64,000 nt of DNA from Eledone cirrhosa (lineage: Eukaryota): contig OZ024741.1 of the NCBI GenBank assembly GCA_964016885.1, positions 3,410,001-3,474,000 of the forward strand. The letters are read 5' to 3'. Shown here in pieces: positions 1-10,526 of the stretch (within the stretch, counting starts at the first letter, position 1; each line of letters begins with the position of its first letter). Made by a program: the position numbers and the translations under genes. The notes under the pieces were generated by a model that was not told the DNA's origin, searched no databases, and saw nothing but the letters and a program-made list of their open reading frames with translations.

Positions 1-2749
1 ATATACACACCTGCTAGACTATATATGTAGGCTGTTGGTGATTTAACGCTATATACACACTTTCTAGACTATATATGTAGGCTGTTGGTGTCTTAACACT
101 ATATACACACCTGCTAGACTATATATATAGGTTGTTGGTGATTAAACACAATATACACACCTGCTAGACTATATATGTAGGTTGTTGGTGACTTAAAACT
201 ATATACACACCAGCTAGGCTATATATGTAGGTTGTTGGTGATTTAACACTATATACACACCTGCTAGACTATATATGTAGGTTGTTGGTGTCTTAACACT
301 ATATACACACCTGCTAGACTATATATGTAGGTTGTTGGTGACTTAACACTATATACACACCTGCTAGACTATATATGTAGGTTGTTGGTGACTTAACACT
401 ATATACACACCTGCTAGACTATATATGTAGGTTGTTGATGTCTTAACACTATATACACACCTGCTAGACTATATATGTAGGTTGTTGATGTCTTAACACT
501 ATATACACACATGCTAGACTTTATATGTAGGTTGTTGGTGACTTAACACTATATACACACATGCTAGACTTTATATGTAGGTTGTTGGTGACTTAACACT
601 ATATACACACATGCTAGACTATATATGTAGGTTGTTGATGTCTTAACACTATATACACACCTGCTAGACTATATATGTAGATTGTTGATCACTTAACACT
701 ATATACACACCTGCTGTACTATATATGTAGGTTGTTGGTGACTTAACGCTATATACACACCTGCTAGACTATATATGTAGGTTGTTGGTGACTTAACACT
801 ATATACACCCCTGCTAGACTATATATGTAGGTTGTTGGTGACTTAACACTATATACACACCTGTTAGACTATATATTTACGATGTTGGTGACTTAACACT
901 ATATACACACCTGCTAGACTATATATGTAGGTTGTTGATGTCTTAACACTATATACACACCTGCTAGACTATATATTTACGATGTTGGTGACTTAACACT
1001 ATATACACACCTGCTAGACTATATATGTAGATTGTTGATCACTTAACACTATATACACACCTGCTAGACTATATATGTAGGTTGTTGGTGACTTAACACT
1101 ATATACACACCTGCTAGACTATATATGTAGGTTGTTGGTGACTTAACACTATATACACACCTGCTAGACTATATATGTAGGTTGTTGGTGACTTAACACT
1201 ATATACACACCTGCTAGACTATATATGTAGGTTGTTGGTGACTTAACACTATATACACACCTGCTAGACTATATATTTACGATGTTGGTGACTTAACACT
1301 ATATACACACCTGCTAGACTATATATCTAGATTGTTGGTGACTTAACACAATATACACACCTGCTAGACTATATATGTAGGTTGTTAATGTCTTAACACT
1401 ATATACACACCTGCTAGACTATATATGTAGGTTGTTGGTGACTTAACACTATATACACACCTGCTAGACTATATATGTAGGTTGTTGGTGACTTAACACT
1501 ATATACACACCTGCTAGACTATATATGTAGGTTGTTGATGTCTTAACACTATATACACACCTGCTAGACTATATATGTAGGTTGTTGATGACTTAACACT
1601 ATATACACACCTGCTAGACTATATATGTAGGTTGTTGTTGACTTAACTCTATATACACACCTGCTAGACTATATATTTATGTTGTTGATGAATTACCGCT
1701 ATATACACACCTGCTAGACTATATATGGAGGTTGTTGATGACTTAACACTATATACACACCTGCTAGACTATATATGTAGGTTGTTGATGACTTAACACT
1801 ATATACACACCTGCTAGACTATATATGTAGGTTGTTGATGACTTAACACTATATACACACCTGCTAGACTATATATGTAGGTTGTTGATGACTTAACACT
1901 ATATACACACCTGCTAGACTATATATGTAGGTTGTTGATGACTTAACACTATATACACACCTGCTAGACTATATATTTATGTTGTTGGTGACTTAACACT
2001 ATATACACACCTGCTAGACTATATATGTAGGTTGTTGATGACTTAACACTATATACACACCTGCTAGACTATATATGTAGGTTGTTGATGACTTAACGCT
2101 ATATACACACCTGCGAGACTATATATGTAGGTTGTTGATGACTTAACGCTATATACACACCTGCTAGACTATATATGTAGGTTGTTGATGACTTAACGCT
2201 ATATACACACCTGCTAGACTATATATGTAGGTTGTTGGTGATTTAACGCTATATACACACCTGCTAGACTATATATGTAGGTTGTTGGTGACTTAACGCT
2301 ATATACACACCTGCTAGACTATATATGTACGCTGTTGGTGATTTAACGCTATATACACACTTTCTAGACTATATATGTAGGCTGTTGGTGTCTTAACAAT
2401 ATATACACACCTGCTAGACTCTATATGTAGGTTGTTGGTGACTTAACGCTATATACACACCTGCTAGACTATATATATAGGTTGTTGGTGATTTAACACA
2501 ATATACACACCTGCTAGACTATATATGTAGGTTGTTGGTGACTTAAAACTATATACACACCTGCTAGACTATATATGTAGGTTGTTGGTGACTTAACACT
2601 ATATACACACCTGCTAGACTATATATGTAGGTTATTGGTGACTTAACACTATATACACACCTGCTAGACTATATGTGTACGATGTTGGTGATTTAACGCT
2701 ATATACACACCTGCTAGACTATATATGTAGGCTGTTGGTGACTTAACAC
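1..2749. repeat. 50-bp tandem satellite, block 1 (~55 monomers; continues beyond window start)
   Basis: Direct 50-bp periodicity of ATATACACACCTGCTAGACTATATATGTAGGTTGTTGGTGACTTAACACT, typically 0-4 substitutions per monomer. Confidence 0.99.
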
Positions 2750-3075
2750 TATAGCGAAGATACTGGGTTGTATGAATGTAACAAGGAGACCTGGTTTGTG
2801 TGTATAATATTTAATCAAGTATTTAACAGTATAGTTGACATGTCAATGAATAAACGAAAGAATGAAGCAAAGTTAGTAGTTACCGTTTTGATTGCCAGGC
2901 AAACGCGAGACGCCTGGCAAAGGCCAGGCGCCGGAAGGGCAAATGAGAGGGAGAGAGCCGAAGGCTATTCGTTTTATAGGGCTCTGCCGGAAGTTACAGA
3001 AAGGGTTCTACTTTCCGTCTAGATGTTGTTAATCTATTGGGGTTGTGAGTCACAACAAGGGAGACAACCGCTACA
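2750..3075 (-). repeat. Complete 3' LTR of element 1 (326 bp)
   Basis: On the minus strand it begins TGTAGCG and ends CGCTATA (imperfect 7-bp terminal inverted repeat). TATAAAA at 2972-2978 is followed by a CT-rich tract, and an ATTAAA polyA-like signal lies at 2810-2815. The first ~165 bp are repeated at 4366-4530. Confidence 0.88.
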
Positions 3076-3090
3076 TAACCTCCCGCCAGA
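3076..3090 (-). promoter_or_regulatory. Polypurine tract of element 1
   Basis: Minus strand TCTGGCGGGAGGTTA immediately precedes the TGTAG LTR start; near-identical to the PPT of element 2. Confidence 0.8.
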
Positions 3091-4332
3091 ATTTTAGAAT
3101 ATAAAAATCGCATGAAATATGTAGCAAGTTGGCGAGAATGTAACAGGCATGAAAATTACGACAAAAGAATGTTTGCAAAAATCAATGATAGATATCAAGG
3201 TAGCCAACCGCTCTTGGCCAGAGAACGACTGGACATATATCTATCCAACACCCAAAGATACAATGTAATAAATTAAGAGAAGGGCTCAAAGTTCAAATGT
3301 ACAAAATATAGTTCACAGGTGTGCAATCACATGACAGCAGGAAAGAAAGTGTGTTCCAGAGAATGAATGCAGGTGGTTTCTGTTCTGTGGTATATCGTGA
3401 AATTTCCAACCTCCGAATGGATTTTCTCACAGGAAGAGTGCTGCAAAAATAAATTCTCTGGCTTGTTCTGCTGGTTTTGGTTGTTGGTGAAGCTGTGTTG
3501 CTGTCTGGCGGAGTGAGCGTATTCGGTGTTTAAATTCACAGCAAAAAAATTTTTTTCAGAAAAAATGAGTTGCGCAAAGTGCTAGAAATAACAGCCGAAG
3601 TTGATGGTCGATGTTGAGAATGCGTTGACCTGGAAGGGTCAAGAGGCCAGCGACCAAAGAAATAAGCATTCTGAATAAATGCCCAGTTTTCAACGGCAAA
3701 TTTACGTGGTAAATTTTTAAACCGGCAAATAGGAGAATATAGCTTAAGGCTGAAGAATCCTTGGCGAGAAACGTTATCTCTGGCCTGCGGCTATCTCTGT
3801 GAGTCGAGAATTTGTGCTGCCCACACGTGCCAACACAAGGTTAAGCTAGGTTGAAAAAATAATATTTCTAACGCGCGAGAAAATGATAGTGCAAGTGTGA
3901 AAGTGACAATGATGAAAAAGAAAGGCTTCACTCAGCATAATTATTGGTGTGAACTTTGGAAAAAAAAAAAAACTTGAACGATGAAGAAAACGATGAAAAA
4001 AAAAAAGGCAATGGTTCATCGAAAATAAATGTTCCTGTTGAAATGTTTTTTAAAGAATATCAAATTTCTTTTTTTTTTTTTGTGTTTTGAAAGTGTTCGT
4101 TGTAAGAAACGAGAAACATATATATATATATCGTGAAATGCGACAGCGAGTTGATGCGTGAGAGAAAAAGTCTGTCTGTGCGAAAATTTCACGTGCGTGG
4201 TGTGTTCGTTTCTTTGACTGAGTATTTTCATAGTTTGTCGATAAATTTTCTGTGTATTCGTAATGTTACTCACACAACACCAGAATCTGCTATTTTTTTC
4301 TTTTTTGGGGGTGACCACTTATAGCGATGAAC

Positions 4333-4364
4333 GGCTGCGTGTTCGTATCACGTCAGTGTTACCA
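4333..4364 (-). promoter_or_regulatory. Primer-binding site, extended; complementary to the 3' 32 nt of a tRNA-Trp-like RNA
   Basis: Plus strand GGCTGCGTGTTCGTATCACGTCAGTGTTACCA lies 1 nt from the LTR end. It ends in CCA, folds into a T-arm (GCGTG/CACGT with a 7-nt loop), and matches 28/32 to the recalled metazoan tRNA-Trp(CCA) 3' end GGCTGCGTGTTCGAATCACGTCGGGGTCACCA. Confidence 0.8.
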
Positions 4365-4365
4365 A

Positions 4366-4530
4366 TATAGCGAAGAACTCGTGTGTATGAATGTAACAAA
4401 ACGAGACATGCATTGTGTGTATAATATTTAATCAAGTATTTAACAGTATAGTTGACATGTCAATGAATAAACGAAAGTATGAAACAAAGTTATTAGTTAC
4501 CGTTTTGATTGCCAGGCAAACGCGAGGCGC
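4366..4530 (-). repeat. Truncated 5' LTR of element 1 (U5 and part of R only)
   Basis: Aligns to 2750-2913, then switches abruptly to satellite at CGC|ATTATACACAC. Confidence 0.9.
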
Positions 4531-7500
4531 ATTATACACACCTGCTAGACTATATATGTAGGTTGTTGGTGACTTAACGCTATATACACAACTGCTAGAT
4601 TATATATGTAGGTTGTTGATGACTTAACACTATATACACACCTGCTAGACTATATATTTACGATGTTAGTGACTTAACACTATATACACACCTGCTAGAC
4701 TATATATGTAGGTTGTTGGTGACTTAACATTATATACACACCTGCTAGACTATATATGTAGGTTGTTGGTGACTTAACACTATATACACACCTGCTAGAC
4801 TATATATGTACGTTGTTGGTGAATAACGTTATATACACACCTGCTAGACTATATATGTAGGATTTTGATGACTTAACGCTATATACACACCTGCTAGACT
4901 ATATATGTAGGTTGTTGGTGACTTAACGCTATATACACACCTGCTAGACTATATATGTAGGTTGTTGGTGACTTAACACTATATACACACCTGGTAGACT
5001 ATATATGTAGGTTGTTGGTGACTTAAAACTATATACACACCTGCTAGACTATATATTTACGATGTTGGTGACTTAACACTATATACACACCTGCTAGACT
5101 ATATATGTAGGTTGTTGGTGACTTAACACTATATACACACCTGCTAGACTATATATGTAGGTTTTTGATGACTTAACACTATATACACACCTGCTAGACT
5201 ATATATGTAGGTTGTTGGTGACTTAACGCTATATACACACCTGGTAGACTATATATGTAGGTTGTTGGTGACTTAACACTATATACACACCTGCTAGACT
5301 ATATATGTAGGTTGTTGGTGACTTAACACTATATACACACCTGGTAGACTATATATGTAGGTTGTTGATGACTTAACGCTATATACACACCTGGTAGACT
5401 ATATACGTAGTTTGTTGGTGACTTAACGCTATATACACACCTTGTAGACTATATATGTAGGTTGTTGGTGACTTAACACTATATACAGACTTGCTAGACT
5501 ATATATGTAGGTTGTTGGTGAATTAACACTATATACACACCTGCTAGACTATATATGTAGGTTGTTGGTGACTTAACACTATATACACACCTGCTAGACT
5601 ATATGTGTACGATGTTGGTGATTTAACGCTATATACACACCTGCGAGACTATATATGTTGGTTGTTGGTGACTTAACACTATATACACACCTGCTAGACT
5701 ATATATGTAGGTTGTTGGTGACTTAACACTATATACACACCTGCTAGACTATATATGTAGGTTGTTGGTGACTTAACACTATATACACACCTGCTAGACT
5801 ATATATGTAGGTTGTTGGTGACTTAACACTATATACACACCTGCTAGACTATATGTGTACGATGTTGGTGATTTAACGCTATATACACACCTGCTAGACT
5901 ATATATGTTGGTTTTTGATGACTTAACACTATATACACACCTGCAAGACTATATATGTAGGTTGTTGGTGACTTAACGCTATATACACACCTGCTAGACT
6001 ATATATGTTGGTTGTTGATGACTTAACACTATATACACACCTGCTAGACTATATATGTAGATTGTTGGTGACTTAACACTATATACACACCTGCTAGATT
6101 ATATATGTAGGTTGTTGATGAATTAAGGCTATATATAAACCTGCTGGACTATATATGTAGGTTGTTGGTGACTTAACACTATATACACACATGCTAGACT
6201 ATATATGTAGGTTGTTGGAGACTTAAAACTATATACAAACCTGCTAGACTATATATGTAGGTTGTTGGTGACTTAACACTATATACACACCTGCTAGACT
6301 ATATATGTAGGTTGTTGGTGACTTAACACTATATACACACCTGCGAGACTATATATGTAGGTTGTTGGTGACTTAAAACTATATACAAACCTGCTAGACT
6401 ATATATGTAGGTTGTTGGTGACTTAATGCTATATACACACGTGCTAGACTATATATGTAGGTTGTTGGTGACATAACGCTATATACACACCTGCTAGACA
6501 ATATATGTAGGCTGTTGGTGATTTAACGCTATATACACACCTGCTAGACTATATATGTAGGTTGTTGGTTACTTAACACTATATACACACCTGCTAGACT
6601 ATATATGTTGGTTGTTGATGACATAACGCTATATACACACCTGCTAGACTTTATATGTAGTTTGTTGGTGACTTAACACTATATACAAAACTGCTAGACT
6701 ATATATGTAGGTTGTTGGTGATTTAACATTATATACACACCTGCTAGACTATATATGTAGGTTGTTGGAGACATAACGCTATATACACACCTGCTAGACT
6801 ATATATGTAGGTTGTTGATGACTTAACACTATATACACACCTGCTAGACTATATATGTAGGCTGTTGGTGATTTAACGCTATATACACACTTGCTAGACT
6901 ATATATGTAGGCTGTTGGTGTCTTAACACTATATACACACCTGCTAGACTATATATGTAGGGTTTTGGTGACTTAACGCTATATACACACCTGGTAGACT
7001 ATATATGTAGGTTGTTGGTGACTTAACGCTATATACACAACTGCTAGACTATATATGTAGCTTGTTGGTGACTGAACGCTATATACACACCTGCTAGACT
7101 ATATATGAAGGTTGTTGGTGAAATAACGCTATATACACACCTGCTAGACTATATATGTAGGTTGTTGATGACTTAACGTTATATACACACCTGTTAGACT
7201 ATATATGTAGGTTTTTGATGACTTAACGCTATATACACACCTGCTAGACTATATATGTAGGTTGTTGGTGACTTAACACTATATACATACCTGCTAGACT
7301 ATATATGTAGGTTGTTGGTGACTTAACACTATATACACACCTGCTAGACTATATATGTAGGTTGTTGCTGACATAACGCTATATACACACCTGCTAGACA
7401 ATATATGTAGGCTGTTGGTGATTTAACGTTATATACACACCTGCTAGACTATATATGTAGGTTGTTGGTGACTTAACACTATATACACACCTGCTAGACT

Positions 7501-9954
7501 ATATATGTTGGTTGTTGATGTCATAACGCTATATACACACCTGCTAGACTTTATATGTAGTTTGTTGGTGACTTAACACTATATACACAACTGTTAGACT
7601 ATATATGTAGGTTGTTGGTGATTTAACGCTATATACACACCTGCTAGACTATATATGTAGGTTGTTGGTGACGTAACGCTATATACACACCTGCTAGACT
7701 ATATATGTAGGTTGTTGATGACTTAACACTATATACACACCTGCTAGACTATATATGTAGGCTGTTGGTGATTTAACGCTATATACACACTTGCTAGACT
7801 ATATATGTAGGCTGTTGGTGTCTTAACACTATATACACACCTGCTAGACTATATATGTAGGTTGTTGGTGACTTAACGCTATATACACACCTGCGAGACT
7901 ATATATGTAGATTAGTGATGACTTAACGCATTATACACACCTGCTAGACTATATATGTAGGTTGTTGGTGACTTAACGCTATATACACAACTGCTAGACT
8001 ATATATGTAGCTTGTTGGTGACTTAACGCTATATACACACACCTGCTAGACTATATATATAGGTTGTTGTTGATTTAACACGATATACACACCTGCTAGG
8101 CTATATATGTAGGTTGTTGTTGGCTTAACACTATATACACACCTGCTAGACTATATATGTAGGTTGTTGGTGACTTAACGCTATATACACACCTGCTAGA
8201 CTATATATGTAGGTTGTTGGTGACTTAACGCTAAATACACACCTGCTAGACTATATATGTAGGTTGTTGGTGACTTAACGCTATATACACACCTGTTAGA
8301 CTATATATGTAGGTTGTTGATGACTTAACGTTATATACACACCTGCTAGACTATATATGTAGGTTGTTGGTGAAATAACGCTATATACACACCTTCTAGA
8401 CTATATATGTATGTTGTTGGTGACTTAACATTATATACACACCTTCTAGACTATATATGTAGGTTGTAGGTGACTTAACGCTATATACACAAATGCTAGA
8501 CTGTATATTTAGGCTGTTGGTGACTTAACGTTATATACACACCTGCTAGACTATATATGTAGGTTGTTGATGACTTAACGCTATATACACACCTGATAGA
8601 CTATATATGTAGGTTGTTGATGACTTAACACGATATACACACCTGCTAGACTATATATTTAGGTTGTTGGTGAAATAACGCTATATACACACCTGCTAGA
8701 CGATATATGTAGGTTTTTGATGACTTAACTCTATATACACACCTGCTAGACTATATATGTATGTTGTTGGTGACTTTACGCTATATACACACCTGCTAGA
8801 CTATATATGTAGGTTGTTGATGACTTAACACTATATACACACCTGCTAGACTATATATGTAGGTTGTTGGAGACTTAACACTATATACACAAATGCTAGA
8901 CTGTATATTTAGGCTGTTGGTGACTTAACGTTATATACACACCTGCTAGACTATATATGTAGGTTGTTGATGACTTAACGCTATATATACACCTGCTAGA
9001 CTATATATGTAGGTTGTTGGTGACTTAACACTATATACACACCTGCTAGACGATATATGTAGGTTTTTGATGACTTAAATCTATATACACACCTGCTAGA
9101 CTATATATGTATGTTGTTGGTGACTTAACGCTATATACACACCTGTTAGACTATATATGTAGGTTGTTGATGACTTAACACTATATACACACCTGCTAGA
9201 CTATATATATGTAGTTGTTGATGACTTAACACAATATACACACCTGCTAGACTATATATGTAGGTTGTTGATGACTTAACGCTATATACACACCTGGTAG
9301 ACTACATATGTAGGTTGTTGGTGATTTAACGCTATATACACACCTGCTAGACTATATATGTAGGTTGTTGGTGATTTAACACTATATACACACCTGCTAG
9401 ACTATATATGTAGGTTGTCGATGACTTAACGCTATATACACACCTGCTAGACTATATATGTAGGTTATTGATGACTTAACGCTATATACACACTTGCTAG
9501 ACTATATATGTAGGCTGGTGTTGTCTTAACACTATATACACACCTGCTAGACTATATATCTTGGTTGTTGGTGACGTAACGCTATATACACACCTGCTAG
9601 ACTATATATATAGGTTGTTGGTTATTTAACACAATATACACACCTGCTAGTCTATACATGTAGGTTTTTGATGACTTAACTCTATATACACACCTGCTAG
9701 ACTATATATGTATGTTGTTGGTGACTTAACGCTATATACACACCTGCTAGACTATATATGTAGGTTGTTGGTGACTTATCGTTATATACACACCTGCTAG
9801 ACTATATATGTAGGTTGTTGATGACTTAACACAATATACACACCTGCTAGACTATATATGTAGGTTGTTGATGACTTAACGCTATATACACACCTGGTAG
9901 ACTATATATGTAGGTTGTTGGTGATTTAACGCTATATACACACCTGCTAGACTA
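4531..9954. repeat. 50-bp tandem satellite, block 2 (~108 monomers)
   Basis: Same monomer and orientation as block 1, with local 400-, 600- and 900-bp higher-order duplications. Confidence 0.99.
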
Positions 9955-9958
9955 TATA

Positions 9959-10103
9959 CGCGGTTAATCGCTCCTTTTATCTCTGTTGACCGGAAGTGAC
10001 CACTAGGGAGTTTGGTCAATCCCAAAGGGAAGCAACTCCACCTACTTCCTGTCTAGAGAACAGCGATTCGATTGTCGTGGCAGGGGAGGCAACTCTTACT
10101 ACA
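9959..10103 (-). repeat. 3' LTR remnant of element 2 (U3-like, 145 bp)
   Basis: 143/145 identical to 13563-13707. Minus strand begins TGTAGTAAG; TATA-like GATAAAA at 9975-9981. Confidence 0.92.
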
Positions 10104-10118
10104 GTATCCCCCGCCAGA
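10104..10118 (-). promoter_or_regulatory. Polypurine tract of element 2
   Basis: Minus strand TCTGGCGGGGGATAC directly precedes the TGTAG LTR start. Confidence 0.82.
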
Positions 10119-10427
10119 TTTTTAAAACACAAAAAATCGAAAGAAGCATGCATGGAGTAAGATGGCGAGCATGTAAGAGGCATGAAAAGTATGGTACAGA
10201 GTAATGGAATTAAGAAAAGAGGTCAAAAGTTCAAATGTACAAAATATAGTTCACAGGTGTGCAATCACATGACAGCAGGAAAGAAAGTGTGTTGCAGAGA
10301 ATGAATGCAGGTGGTTTCTGTTCTGTGGTATATCGTGAAATTTCCAACATCCAAATGGATTTTCTCACAGGAAGAGTGCTGCAAAAATAAATTCTCTGGC
10401 TTTGGTTGTTGGTGAAGCTGAGTTGAT

Positions 10428-10526
10428 GTATTGCTGTTGCTGTTGCTGCTGCTGCTGTATTGCTGTTGCTGTTATATTGCTGTTGCTGCTGCTGTTGCTG
10501 TTATATTGCTGTTGGTGTTGCTGCTG
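10428..10526. repeat. Imperfect (TGC/TGT)n low-complexity repeat in the 3' UTR of element 2
   Basis: Reiterated ATTGCTGTTGCTG units; much shorter at the homologous position of element 1 (about 3495-3510). Confidence 0.85.

Larger units (their letters stand above)
2750..4530 (-). mobile_element. Non-autonomous LTR retroelement (TRIM/LARD-like, Gypsy-associated); 5' LTR truncated
   Basis: Direct repeats at 2750-3075 and 4366-4530. PPT next to the left repeat and tRNA-complementary PBS next to the right repeat give minus orientation. The ~1.3 kb interior has no gag/pol similarity and is homologous to the 3' UTR of the Gypsy element at 10104-10815. Confidence 0.9.

Noticed and set aside
1-2749. 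Coding potential of the satellite
   Set aside because: The 50-bp period cycles through all frames and contains TAG/TAA/TGA on both strands; the ORF track shows nothing there.
2768-3022. 84-aa plus-strand ORF
   Set aside because: It lies wholly inside the LTR, antisense to the element, has a TTG start and no recognisable motif.
3327-3539. 70-aa minus-strand ORF
   Set aside because: It has a GTG start and low-complexity Q/N content, and the homologous frame in element 2 is interrupted by a repeat expansion and a stop.
4016-4324. Overlapping 100-aa (-) and 63-aa (+) ORFs as a gag remnant
   Set aside because: They are built from homopolymer and TA runs, with no zinc knuckle or capsid-like features.
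4333-4364. Functional tRNA gene
   Set aside because: Only the 3' 32 nt are present, with no D-arm or anticodon arm, and CCA is encoded. Its position next to the LTR identifies it as a PBS.
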